A DNA stretch of 64,000 nt, taken from the IMG/VR virus record IMGVR_UViG_3300034104_003795, positions 124,001 through 188,000 of that record; one strand, 5' to 3'. Every line of letters begins with the position of its first letter. Positions within the stretch are counted from its first letter, which is position 1. Below, one piece after another: positions 1-9,646 of this stretch. The translations under genes and the position numbers were made by a program. Under the pieces are notes generated by a model that was given only the letters and a program-made list of their open reading frames with translations, did not search any database and was not told where the DNA came from.

Positions 1-548
1 AACATAATACAATCTAAATGCTTTAATACTTCGGTAGCTCCACTTAAAACAATCAACTCAGCACCTTCAACATCCATATTTAAGAAATTGTAAGTATTTT
101 TATTTTCAACCAATTTATCTAATGTAATGGTTGGTACTTCAATTTCAGCAATATGTTCATACGGTACCCAAGATGAATCTCTACCCCACTCATTGATTTT
201 AAAAATAGAATCAGTACCACCATCGTAGTTACTCAAATTAAAAGTAATAACACCATCTTCTTTATCGCTAACTGCGTAGTTATATGCTTTGTATCCTTTT
301 AGAATTTGGGCTTCACTATCGTTAAAATAAGAATATGTAAGTGGTGAACACCAAGTAACATATCTACCGGTATTTAATGATTCGCTTAAATTGCTGAATC
401 TAAATGGATTTGCTTCAACGAGTATCACATCTTTTATACCAGCTTTTACATAAGCTAACGTTTCACCGCCTTCATGTGCCCCAACGTGTAGAACACCATT
501 TATTTTAATATTGTATTTTTCTAACAATTGGTTAAAATCTAACATCAT
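1..548 (-). CDS. FkbM-family (Methyltransf_21) SAM-dependent methyltransferase, partial (runs off left edge); not in ORF track
   Basis: Manual translation from ATG at 548: MMLDFNQLLEKYNIKINGVLHVGAHEG...ILVEANP...FLNMDVEGAELIVLSG, with no stop before base 1. The HVGAHxG, EANP and MDVEGAE motifs are typical of FkbM. Confidence 0.85.
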   Translation of the reverse strand, partial: MMLDFNQLLEKYNIKINGVLHVGAHEGGETLAYVKAGIKDVILVEANPFRFSNLSESLNTGRYVTWCSPLTYSYFNDSEAQILKGYKAYNYAVSDKEDGVITFNLSNYDGGTDSIFKINEWGRDSSWVPYEHIAEIEVPTITLDKLVENKNTYNFLNMDVEGAELIVLSGATEVLKHLDCIM

Positions 549-559
549 AGTTTATAAGT

Positions 560-1936
560 TTATTTATTGTAATTTTCTAGGTAATATTTTAAATCTTCAG
601 GTGTACCTAATCCCCACATTTTTTCAATATTGAATGTTTTTATTTTTTTACCATCACCAATTGCTTCATTGAAAACAGGACAAACATAGAATTCATTATT
701 TACTCTTATATTTTTATTAATCATTTGTTCTGCATACTTTACATAATCAGAACCTTTAGCCCAATAGTAAACACCAACAGTTGCTATATCTGAAATTGGA
801 TTCTTCTCTTGTACTTCGGTTACATAACCATACTCATCCACTTTAGCAAATGACCATTTAGGATGAGTTGAATGAAATGAAAGGATACCACCATCAACTT
901 TTTGTTCAATCATCTTATACATAAACTCATTTGAATCCCACTCTATAAATTGGTCAGAGTTTGCCATCAATAAAGGTGCATCGGAATCAATCAATTCTTT
1001 TGCCAATAGAGTAGTACATGCTGCACCTTCTGTCAATCCATCAACTTCCACAATCTTACAATTAGGCGTAATTAAGTTTAAAAGGGTATCCAAGTTATAC
1101 TTCTCTCTATGTGATTTCTGAACTACATAGATAAATGTAGCATCTATGTTTAGGTTATCAACTACAACCTGAATCATTGGTTTACCTTCCACATCAATTA
1201 GTGGTTTAGGGAACGTATATCCGGCTTGTTGAAATCTAGTTCCTGCACCTGCCATTGGGATAAGTACGTTCATCTTACCACCTTGCCATTTTGGTTTACT
1301 CATAACTTTCTTTTCGTTTAATTTGTTTACTATTTTTTCTAATGTCAAATCATGTGGATTATCTACTCTCAAAACATTTGCTCTACTTCTACTCGCAGCT
1401 AACAAACCGGGTGGTGAATCTTCTACAATTAACGTTTCTTCTGGTAATACACCCATCATACTCATAGCCTTCCAATACATTTCAGGATGTGGTTTAGAGT
1501 TCTTTACATCCTCATTAGAAAGGATTAAATCCATATACTCAATAAGTCCTATCTTTGATAACATAACCAATACAGACCTTCTAATTGAATTTGAAGCACA
1601 TGCTAATTGATAACCTCTATCTCTCAACTCTTTGAATACCGAAACCAATACATGATTAGTTTGTAATTGGGATATTGCCTCAATAGTTAAGTGTTGTTTT
1701 CTATACCAAATTTCATCATAGAAATCGGTATGTAACCCTTTATTTTTAGTAAGCATTTCAAGCTTTTGAGTTGTCTTTAATCCATCGTATATTGATAGAT
1801 GTTCAGCTTCGGTAATTACATAAGAATTACCAGTTAGAATTTCGATTTCTCTCAATGCCTGGTTTAATGTATTGTAGTGTATTTCTTTTGCTTCAACTAG
1901 TACACCATCTAAGTCAAAGATAATTAATTTTGTCAT
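560..1936 (-). CDS. HAD-family phosphatase fused to BcbE-like sugar-phosphate nucleotidyltransferase
   Basis: N-half has FDLDGVL, KPHPEMY and VEDS HAD motifs. C-half has IPMAGAGTRF..GYTFPKPLI, ANSDQ and GLGTPEDL. Start trimmed to MTKLIIFD (ATG 1936). Confidence 0.85.
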   Translation of the reverse strand: MTKLIIFDLDGVLVEAKEIHYNTLNQALREIEILTGNSYVITEAEHLSIYDGLKTTQKLEMLTKNKGLHTDFYDEIWYRKQHLTIEAISQLQTNHVLVSVFKELRDRGYQLACASNSIRRSVLVMLSKIGLIEYMDLILSNEDVKNSKPHPEMYWKAMSMMGVLPEETLIVEDSPPGLLAASRSRANVLRVDNPHDLTLEKIVNKLNEKKVMSKPKWQGGKMNVLIPMAGAGTRFQQAGYTFPKPLIDVEGKPMIQVVVDNLNIDATFIYVVQKSHREKYNLDTLLNLITPNCKIVEVDGLTEGAACTTLLAKELIDSDAPLLMANSDQFIEWDSNEFMYKMIEQKVDGGILSFHSTHPKWSFAKVDEYGYVTEVQEKNPISDIATVGVYYWAKGSDYVKYAEQMINKNIRVNNEFYVCPVFNEAIGDGKKIKTFNIEKMWGLGTPEDLKYYLENYNK

Positions 1937-1937
1937 A

Positions 1938-2633
1938 TTACCAAATTCCTCTATCAAACGGGTTTATATTATATTCTTCAAAAATAGGATTTAATTCGGT
2001 TTGATATTCTGTTAAATTCCATTTACCTTTATTAATCGCAGTTGCTATGTATGGAAATACAAAACTATCATAATGGAATATTCCTCTTTTTTTCTCAATA
2101 CCATTCGTTGCTGAAAAATCTTTTTCATTCAACTTTATAGAATCTTCAAATTCATAAATTGTTAATTCTAAATGATTTTCTATTAACTCCTTAAATGTTT
2201 TAGTTTTAATAATAGTTGGTTGTATTGAAAATTTAGATAAATCATTTTGAACCAAAGTATCTTCAAATTCCGATTTTGTTCCACCCGAACCAGCATATAA
2301 TAATTTTATACTATTAGCTTTATCGGTTAAAATATATTCATAATATTTTTCTAAATATACGTGAAGTGGATTGGAATATAAAATCATATCTTCGTGAAAA
2401 AATAATATCACATCTTCATTTATTTTATCCAAACATTCTAAAATACGATTTGTATATTTTTTAGAATCATCATATGTGATTTGTAAGCAATTTTCTGGAA
2501 GTGCCTTATCAATTTCATTAACACATACATAGAGTTTATAATCAGGCATAAATTTATTTAATTGCCCAAAAAAAGATGGCCATACATCTTTCATATCCGT
2601 ATGCGTGTATATTACTAACGGTAGTTTATTCAT
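1938..2633 (-). CDS. Putative GT-A-fold glycosyltransferase / glycan-related hypothetical
   Basis: Likely start MNKLPLVIYTHTD at 2633. It has a FFHEDMIL DxD-like motif and sits in the glycan cluster. Confidence 0.5.
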   Translation of the reverse strand: MNKLPLVIYTHTDMKDVWPSFFGQLNKFMPDYKLYVCVNEIDKALPENCLQITYDDSKKYTNRILECLDKINEDVILFFHEDMILYSNPLHVYLEKYYEYILTDKANSIKLLYAGSGGTKSEFEDTLVQNDLSKFSIQPTIIKTKTFKELIENHLELTIYEFEDSIKLNEKDFSATNGIEKKRGIFHYDSFVFPYIATAINKGKWNLTEYQTELNPIFEEYNINPFDRGIW

Positions 2634-3348
2634 AAAAATAAGATATTTCTTTTGAGTATTGAGAATATGGGTCCATGTAAGGTCTTGTTTTTCTACCATG
2701 TGTAAATTCATCAATAGAAGAACCAACATCTACATATTGGTTATTTGGATTAGCCCTATACATTTCATCTATTAGTATTTCAGAAACAGGACCCGCAGAT
2801 ACAAAAAATGTTTGATTCTCTAATTGGGATACATATTCAATTAGTTGTGTAATATAGTCCTCACCATAATCTAACCAATATCTTATACAATCATCTGGAA
2901 ATGGAAATATTTCATTTACTTTAAATGGAAAATTTTCTTTCCTAGCTCTATGATTACATATAACATATACACTCTTATCTAATGTTTTATAAAACTCATA
3001 CATCTTTTGATAATTTGAATTTATCCAAAGATTTGCAAAAGTTTTATTTGAGTTTTGAATTCTATCTGATAAGAAAGTATAATCATCAATACTATCCGAA
3101 TGAGCTGATATTGCATAATGGTAATTGGTTTCGGTATGTTCCAATGATTTTAATAAACCTTCACCAACTTTATTTAATCCAATTGGAGTAGTCCATCTAT
3201 CAACTGCAAATGCTTGTGAATTAGTACCAATTGCATTACCTTTCATCAAACCAACTTCACCGTCAGCATATCTTGCATAAGCAAAATTTGTATCCGATTT
3301 TATAAGATTGGTGTAGTATTCAAAATCTGTTTGAAATTTATTCTGCAT
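2626..3348 (-). CDS. GT-D-fold (DUF1792-like) glycosyltransferase-like protein
   Basis: AYARYADGE resembles the GT-D RxGDGE motif; C-terminal VSAGP...YVDVGS. Confidence 0.55.
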   Translation of the reverse strand: MQNKFQTDFEYYTNLIKSDTNFAYARYADGEVGLMKGNAIGTNSQAFAVDRWTTPIGLNKVGEGLLKSLEHTETNYHYAISAHSDSIDDYTFLSDRIQNSNKTFANLWINSNYQKMYEFYKTLDKSVYVICNHRARKENFPFKVNEIFPFPDDCIRYWLDYGEDYITQLIEYVSQLENQTFFVSAGPVSEILIDEMYRANPNNQYVDVGSSIDEFTHGRKTRPYMDPYSQYSKEISYFYE

Positions 3349-4342
3349 CTAATATCTTTTTAATTTTTTCCGCTGCTCTACCGTCTCCATATGGACAAGG
3401 TTTACAAATATACGAATTCTTTTCCAACTCACCAAATAATTCTTTAAGTTTAGTTGGTTCTTCGCACATATAAAGATGACCGGTTTTTATACCTTCAGGT
3501 CTTTCGGTTGTTTTTCTACACACAATTATTTTCTTATTAAAGAAAGAACCTTCTTCTTGCAATCCACCACTATCGGTAACTACCAACTTACAATCTTTAA
3601 GAATATTAATCGTTTCATTGTGCGTTAAAGGTTCTACGATATTAATATTTGTTAGTAAATTCTTATGCTTTTGTACGTTTGGATTTGGATGAATCGGTAA
3701 TACAAATTTGTATTGTGGATAATCAATTGCTAACTGATTAATTACATTAAACCATTCATCTAACCAATGATGATTTTCTCTACGATGCATTGTTACTAGA
3801 ATAGTATCACCATAACTACCTTTATCATACTTCATAAGATTATCCAATACAGTATTCCCAACTATATGGATATCTCCTTTTACTCTTTCCGCATCTAAAT
3901 TTTCAGCAGAAAGCTGTGTTGGTGCAAAATTAATATCTGCTAAACGAGCTATCATCTGTCTATATCCTTCTTCAGGATATGGGTTTTCTAAATCGTAACT
4001 CCTTAACCCAGCTTCCATATAATATATCTTAATACCTCTATGATAAGCTGCTAATGCACATGCAAAAGCGGAAGCCGTATCGCCTTGCACCAACACACCT
4101 CTAAATTTGTAATTTGGAAAATATTCCATACAACTAATCATAATAGAATCTAATCTAGTATAACGAAAGGATTCTTTTATATTAACTCTAAAATCAACTT
4201 TTACATCCGAAAGTAAATCTTCATGTTGACCTGTGAATAAAAGTTTATATTCTTTCTTATCCATAATATCAATCAATGGTTTTACTTTCAACCATTCTGG
4301 TCTAGTACCAAAACATATTAATATTGGGTCTTTCTTATTCAT
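3338..4342 (-). CDS. wecB: UDP-N-acetylglucosamine 2-epimerase (non-hydrolysing)
   Basis: FGTRPE, FTGQH, VQGDT, EAGLRS, PEEGYRQ, HRREN and TDSGGLQEE motifs. Confidence 0.95.
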   Translation of the reverse strand: MNKKDPILICFGTRPEWLKVKPLIDIMDKKEYKLLFTGQHEDLLSDVKVDFRVNIKESFRYTRLDSIMISCMEYFPNYKFRGVLVQGDTASAFACALAAYHRGIKIYYMEAGLRSYDLENPYPEEGYRQMIARLADINFAPTQLSAENLDAERVKGDIHIVGNTVLDNLMKYDKGSYGDTILVTMHRRENHHWLDEWFNVINQLAIDYPQYKFVLPIHPNPNVQKHKNLLTNINIVEPLTHNETINILKDCKLVVTDSGGLQEEGSFFNKKIIVCRKTTERPEGIKTGHLYMCEEPTKLKELFGELEKNSYICKPCPYGDGRAAEKIKKILDAE

Positions 4343-5525
4343 TTTTATTTACTCCCCATTTTTGAATTGCTTTATTGTATTCTCTACCATATTCTTTATC
4401 TATACTCTGCCTCATAGCTTTTGCACCAGCCAAAGTACCATCAGGATGCCCATGAAGTGCACCACCAACATTTGCCATATAATCAATACCAACTTTATCA
4501 GTTACCCATTGAGTAAGACCAGGATGGAAACCACAGCTTAATGCCGGCATTACACCATATTGGTGCAATACTTTCATTGAATCAATTACCTCATCTTCAG
4601 GCCATTTGTAATATCCACCAATCATTCCGGCGTGAATAAAATCAACACCCATCATACCTGCTAACTTACAAATTACCGTCCAATCAATATAATAAGCGTG
4701 ATTTCTATTGGTTAGAATTTTATCACCACTTTTTTGAAAATGTACAAATATTGGTAAGTCTAATTCTCTTACAGCCTTATAAACCCCCATACCACACCAA
4801 AAATTAATATGAACACCATTACCACCCAACTCATATACTCTCTTTACTCTATCTAAAATATGTGGATAATCTGAATGAATAGATACACAATAAACTACAT
4901 TTTTATCTTTTAAATATTCTGCAATCAATGGTACTCTTTCTTCAATTGTACAAAAAGCGGGATTACTCATAATCTCATCTTCTTTAATGAAATTAACGCC
5001 ACCTTCTACTAATTCTTTAACCATCTCTAATAATGTCTGCGGAGTGATACCAATTTTAGGTTTCACAATTGCACCAAACAACGGTTTATCAAATGTTTTA
5101 GTGTATTCTCTAATACCTTTAATACCAAATTTAGGTCCTAAAAATAAATCTTCAATATGTTGTGGAAACCAGATATCTTTAACAGCACATTTTGTAATAT
5201 TATCAATATCCATCTGCCCACCCATAATATTTACCAACAAATGTGCAATCCCATCCGTTTTAAAATCAATGTTTATAACAGGAAACGCTACCTTAACTAA
5301 TCCATTATTAATAGATTTAAGCTCATCTTCATCTCCCAATACTAAACAACTATTTCTCTCAAATAGCTCATCAGTTTCCCATTGATTTCTTACATTTGGA
5401 TTACCTACACTTTGGCCTATTGCCAAATTCCAAGCGGCATCTCTTAAATTAGTTTCAGATGCCAAATCATAAGTAACAATAAAGTACTTTTCTATATCTA
5501 CTTCTTTTCTAAAAATATTTACCAT
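4335..5525 (-). CDS. RuBisCO-like protein (form IV RLP)
   Basis: GPKFGIKGIRE, GAIVKPKIG (K175/K177), GGVNFIKEDE (K201/D203/E204), DFIHAG (H327), PALSCG and VGGALHGHPDG. E60, N123, H294 and K334 equivalents appear substituted. Confidence 0.92.
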   Translation of the reverse strand: MVNIFRKEVDIEKYFIVTYDLASETNLRDAAWNLAIGQSVGNPNVRNQWETDELFERNSCLVLGDEDELKSINNGLVKVAFPVINIDFKTDGIAHLLVNIMGGQMDIDNITKCAVKDIWFPQHIEDLFLGPKFGIKGIREYTKTFDKPLFGAIVKPKIGITPQTLLEMVKELVEGGVNFIKEDEIMSNPAFCTIEERVPLIAEYLKDKNVVYCVSIHSDYPHILDRVKRVYELGGNGVHINFWCGMGVYKAVRELDLPIFVHFQKSGDKILTNRNHAYYIDWTVICKLAGMMGVDFIHAGMIGGYYKWPEDEVIDSMKVLHQYGVMPALSCGFHPGLTQWVTDKVGIDYMANVGGALHGHPDGTLAGAKAMRQSIDKEYGREYNKAIQKWGVNKNE

Positions 5526-5526
5526 A

Positions 5527-5847
5527 TTATATAACGTATTTATCGCCAGGTATTGACGGAGTTTTTATAATTAAGACTGTACAATCTTCTAAAAAGATTG
5601 GGTCAGCAATTTCGTATGGGTTTAAAATAAAGATATCACCTTCATTTAATTCTTTGTCTTGTATGGTCATTTTTCCACTAACCAAATAATTTATTTCAGT
5701 ACCAGCTTTGTGATAATGAGTATCCCATTTTTCACCTTTAGTGTGGTGTTTATAACAAACCTCAAACTGGTCTGTTTTAAAAGCAGTTGGTTCAAAGTTA
5801 CCAATAAACCATCCACCTTTCATGTCTTTCATTTTAAGAATGTCCAT
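5527..5847 (-). CDS. Small cupin-domain protein (possible sugar epimerase/isomerase)
   Basis: HYHK..TEINYLVSG metal-binding cupin motif 1 and GDIFILNP motif 2. Confidence 0.8.
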   Translation of the reverse strand: MDILKMKDMKGGWFIGNFEPTAFKTDQFEVCYKHHTKGEKWDTHYHKAGTEINYLVSGKMTIQDKELNEGDIFILNPYEIADPIFLEDCTVLIIKTPSIPGDKYVI

Positions 5848-6562
5848 ATAATTGTTTGTATTTATTTAAATCCTCTGGTACACCAATTGGCCAATGTAAG
5901 TTATAAAAGAATGGTAATATTTTTTTCCCATCTTTAATAAGATAATTGTATGATGGTGCTATATAAAATTCGTTATTATACCTTTCACCAGATTCTATCA
6001 TTTCTTTTGCCGAAGATACGAAATCTTTTCCATGTTTCCAAAAATGTAATCCATTAGTTGCAGTATTACTGATTACAATCTTTTCTTTAACTTCAGTAAC
6101 CTCACCTTGTGGGTCTAATTTCATATATGAATTTTTCTTTGATGATGATATAAATGCACCTAATATACCATCTGCTTCATTTTTGTCACAAAACTCTAAA
6201 AGTTTATTAACATCAAAATCATGTATCATTTGGTCACAATTAACAATAATCAATGGAGTATCTTCATCTATATAATCACTAGCTAACAATGCGGTACATG
6301 CTGGTCCTTCTGTTAATTCATCTATTTCAATTACAACCGAATCGGGTTTTAGTGATTTTAAAAAGGTTTGTAAACTATTTCCTACTGAATGCTTTTTTTG
6401 AATTATAAAAATATGTTTCCCATCTATATTTAGATTTTCAACAACTGATTGTACCATTGGTTTTTTGTTTACCGGAATAAATGGTTTTGGTATCGTATAT
6501 CCTACATCGGAAAATCGTTTACCTTCGCCGGCCATCGGTATTATTACATTAACTTTTCTCAT
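5834..6562 (-). CDS. BcbE-like sugar-phosphate nucleotidyltransferase
   Basis: IPMAGEGKRF..GYTIPKPFI, VNCDQ, NEFYIAP and IGVPEDL; paralog of the C-half of 560..1936. Confidence 0.85.
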   Translation of the reverse strand: MRKVNVIIPMAGEGKRFSDVGYTIPKPFIPVNKKPMVQSVVENLNIDGKHIFIIQKKHSVGNSLQTFLKSLKPDSVVIEIDELTEGPACTALLASDYIDEDTPLIIVNCDQMIHDFDVNKLLEFCDKNEADGILGAFISSSKKNSYMKLDPQGEVTEVKEKIVISNTATNGLHFWKHGKDFVSSAKEMIESGERYNNEFYIAPSYNYLIKDGKKILPFFYNLHWPIGVPEDLNKYKQLYGHS

Positions 6563-6565
6563 TTG

Positions 6566-7162
6566 TTACGTTTTAAATGCTTCTATGTTTTTATAATGAC
6601 TCAAATAATTGTTATATTTTTGCCAATAAATGTCAACTCTATCTTTTTCTAGATTTTTGAGAATGAAATTGATTTTTTTATCAAATCCAAGCTCAAACAA
6701 TCTATTTGTAAATGCAACTTCTGCGTGTGGTACATTAAAATCTGAAAATGTAAATAATTGAATCATATCATCAACATTTCCTTCCGATAAATAATCTACC
6801 AAATATCCGGCATTATGTTGGTGATATGCTAGAAAATTTAAACAATCACTTTTAAACGATTTAAATATTTCTTCACAATTGATTGGGAACAAATCATATC
6901 TCCACTTTACAACTCTATCGTATCCCAGTTCTTTTGCCTTTATAAATCCATTTAAAGACGATACTCTTTGTAAATTTAAATTACCAACTCCAACTATTTC
7001 TGGTCTAGGGCTATATACAACCACATCGTTTTTATCCGGATAACAATAGGTTGGCTCCCCTTCCCATGTTGAAAAAATAATAGGAAATGGTTTCCAATCA
7101 TTTTTCAATTTTTCTATATTATCACAAATAGTGCTACCTTGTATAACAATTGCCGTTTTCAT
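6566..7162 (-). CDS. WavE-like glycan biosynthesis protein
   Basis: AIVIQG, IIFSTW, NLNLQRVSSLNG and VVKWRYD follow the WavE family pattern. Confidence 0.55.
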   Translation of the reverse strand: MKTAIVIQGSTICDNIEKLKNDWKPFPIIFSTWEGEPTYCYPDKNDVVVYSPRPEIVGVGNLNLQRVSSLNGFIKAKELGYDRVVKWRYDLFPINCEEIFKSFKSDCLNFLAYHQHNAGYLVDYLSEGNVDDMIQLFTFSDFNVPHAEVAFTNRLFELGFDKKINFILKNLEKDRVDIYWQKYNNYLSHYKNIEAFKT

Positions 7163-7164
7163 GT

Positions 7165-7935
7165 TTATTTTTCATATACAAGTTTCCAACCTTTCATTCT
7201 TTGGTTATGAAAATATTCATTCATCAATGCTCTAAATGGTACACCTTCCACACTTCTCTGATTTGATTCCCATAGTGAGTTAGCATCGCCACCATATTGT
7301 GCTCCTTTTATACTTCCCCACATTTGTTTATCATTCTTTGGATGTGGTGGTACAAATGTTTTAATTCCCGCATACTTCTGCAACATATATGAGAAGTGCA
7401 TATCTTCACCACAGGTATTATATTTAGATTCAGGTTGTTCTCTCCACATATGAGATAACCATTCCTTTTTAAAGAACCAACTATGCCCAACCAAATCAAC
7501 TTCTAATGTATGTTCATTATTTCCACCTTCAGGCCAACCAACTCTAGCATATGGTTCGTAGTATGATGATTGTTCCGGTGGAAGTGGTTGTGGATAAATT
7601 AATCCAACCGTACCCAATAGTCCTTCATTCGTTTTCATTGTATTCATGCAATTCTCTAACCATTTTGAACCAGGTATAGTATCATCATCAAAAATACAAA
7701 CATATGGATTTTTAGCCATAAATGCAAAAGCAAATCGTGCCCATACACCGAAGTTGTAATTACAATAAGCACCCGCTATTTCAGTACCAATATCATAATT
7801 AATCAGGTCATTATCACCAGGATTATTATACCAAAAAAGTATTTCATCCGGCTGAACCGTTTGGTTTCTTAATGCCTCTAATTGTTCATTAAGATTTTCC
7901 GCTCTTTTGTAACCATTTAATATAACTGTTATCAT
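7165..7935 (-). CDS. Glycosyltransferase, GT2-like
   Basis: MITVILNGYKR start, IFDDDTIPG DxD motif and GEDMHFSY. Confidence 0.75.
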   Translation of the reverse strand: MITVILNGYKRAENLNEQLEALRNQTVQPDEILFWYNNPGDNDLINYDIGTEIAGAYCNYNFGVWARFAFAFMAKNPYVCIFDDDTIPGSKWLENCMNTMKTNEGLLGTVGLIYPQPLPPEQSSYYEPYARVGWPEGGNNEHTLEVDLVGHSWFFKKEWLSHMWREQPESKYNTCGEDMHFSYMLQKYAGIKTFVPPHPKNDKQMWGSIKGAQYGGDANSLWESNQRSVEGVPFRALMNEYFHNQRMKGWKLVYEK

Positions 7936-8933
7936 AATTCTGTCATTATTCTTTTTAACCAAAGTTCTTTTGAAAAACAAGCTTCATAATTAGCCTTTGC
8001 CATTTCTGAACATTCATTGTAAAATTGTTTGTCATCTCTCAATCTTATTGCCAATTCTCTTGCACTTTCTAAATCATTTACAGCTACCGATAAGGATGGG
8101 TGACAAAGTAATTGTGTATCTACATCTTGATTTCCAATACAAGGGATACCAAAGTATGCACAATTTAGGGCAAACGTACCAGCTGCTACCGTTGGCATCA
8201 TATGAACTGCGTATTTGAATGTTGATAATACGGTCATCCATTCACTCCACATTAATCTTGGTAAGTGAGTTAAGTTATCAATTACATTTTCATTCTCTCT
8301 CATAGCATGAGATGTTTGTGCCCAAATAGGAACATCAAAGTTACCAGCTATCATATAACTTTCAAACCCACCATACCATCTTGCGAAGTTACCACCTATA
8401 ATTGCCTTATCTTCTTTTGTTGGTACTATGTCTTTGATTAGAGTATCAATCATCAATGTACCGATAGGTCTTACTTTTTTATTAGGAAACAATCCCTTAT
8501 AATAATATATATCTGAATCATTGTGCGTAAAGATTGAATCACATGATTGTAAGAAATTAAAGAAATAGATTTGGTCTGATATAGTATAATCATTATACCA
8601 CCAATGCGGTCCTTCTTGAATATAATGGACTTTCTTATTACCTCTTTCCTTCAATTTACCAACTATATCTTGTTGTAATAATTCTGAAAATGGATTAATA
8701 CCATCTATAATTTTACTTCCCTCTGCACTTAAAAATACTTTGCCTTTTGGAAATATAATAAACACATGGTCATAATTAATCAAATGTTTATCCGCACCAA
8801 ATAGATGAATATTATAATGGTCTGCGTCTAAAGCGTGCATCCAAGCAAATTCGGTTCTCATATTTGGATGATGTGCCGGTATTTTACCAATAAACCCCAT
8901 TTCAGTAAGGAAGGCTATTTTAGATTGTATCAT
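7932..8933 (-). CDS. Putative GT-B-fold glycosyltransferase
   Basis: C-terminal AGTFALNCAYFGIPCIG resembles the GT-B donor-binding region; cluster context. Start trimmed to MIQSKIAF. Confidence 0.55.
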   Translation of the reverse strand: MIQSKIAFLTEMGFIGKIPAHHPNMRTEFAWMHALDADHYNIHLFGADKHLINYDHVFIIFPKGKVFLSAEGSKIIDGINPFSELLQQDIVGKLKERGNKKVHYIQEGPHWWYNDYTISDQIYFFNFLQSCDSIFTHNDSDIYYYKGLFPNKKVRPIGTLMIDTLIKDIVPTKEDKAIIGGNFARWYGGFESYMIAGNFDVPIWAQTSHAMRENENVIDNLTHLPRLMWSEWMTVLSTFKYAVHMMPTVAAGTFALNCAYFGIPCIGNQDVDTQLLCHPSLSVAVNDLESARELAIRLRDDKQFYNECSEMAKANYEACFSKELWLKRIMTEL

Positions 8934-9549
8934 ATAAAGCGTTTTGTTTTTCTTGTCTTTCAATTTGCTTATGATGATACAAACAATAAATTTCTTCCTG
9001 AGGTAATATTGATAATGTATTATATCCCGCTATCCTTTCATGTACCTTACCACTCCATTCTATTTCAGAAGTTCTTCTATAAATACGAGTTTGATAGTCA
9101 GGAAAATTTACCCAACCGTTTTCATTAACTTTCCATCCCCATTTCTTAATATGTTCGGCAGTTAAACCATTCACCGTATTAATTCTAGGTACGAAGAAAA
9201 GGTCTACATCTTTATTATAATCTAAAAAGTTGTGAATATTTTCAACCAAATATTCGGATGGCATTTCATCTGCATCAATTTGAAAAATAAAAATACCGTT
9301 TGCATTATTTTTTAAATTATTCTTAAATGATGCAAAATCTTTATTAAGAGGAAATGAAATTACTCTTATATTCTTATGTATTTGTGAGATTATATTTAAA
9401 TAATCTTTTATCTGCGATGTTGCAGAATCGGAATCATACTGAACCAGTATTTCATCTTCGGATTTTATCCTAGGTTGTAGGAAATCAACTAAAGTTGTGA
9501 TTTCATTTATTTCATTACAAACTGTAATGGCGTATGTAACATTTATCAT
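8920..9549 (-). CDS. GT2-family glycosyltransferase
   Basis: YAITVCNE, FQIDADE, PDYQTRIY and VHERI motifs. Confidence 0.85.
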   Translation of the reverse strand: MINVTYAITVCNEINEITTLVDFLQPRIKSEDEILVQYDSDSATSQIKDYLNIISQIHKNIRVISFPLNKDFASFKNNLKNNANGIFIFQIDADEMPSEYLVENIHNFLDYNKDVDLFFVPRINTVNGLTAEHIKKWGWKVNENGWVNFPDYQTRIYRRTSEIEWSGKVHERIAGYNTLSILPQEEIYCLYHHKQIERQEKQNALYDTI

Positions 9550-9554
9550 AGATA

Positions 9555-9586
9555 CAAATATAACAATTTTTTTCTAAATTACCAAA
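9555..9586 (-). promoter_or_regulatory. Bacteroidota-type -33/-7 promoter heading the glycan cluster
   Basis: Minus strand TTTG-N20-TATATTTG, 5 nt before the ATG at 9549. Confidence 0.7.
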
Positions 9587-9646
9587 TCTATTTCGGTAAT
9601 ATATTTGTATATATAAATATAAAGTAAAAAGAGAAAACGATAAAAA

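Noticed and set aside
4335-5525. True RuBisCO / phage carbon fixation
   Set aside because: Equivalents of E60, N123, H294 and K334 needed for carboxylation appear substituted, and there is no small subunit or phosphoribulokinase.
9600-9607. Plus-strand TATATTTG (also at 17977..17984) as antisense promoters
   Set aside because: There is no TTTG at the -33 distance. They are better explained as part of the extended minus-strand ATATTTATATATACAAA element.
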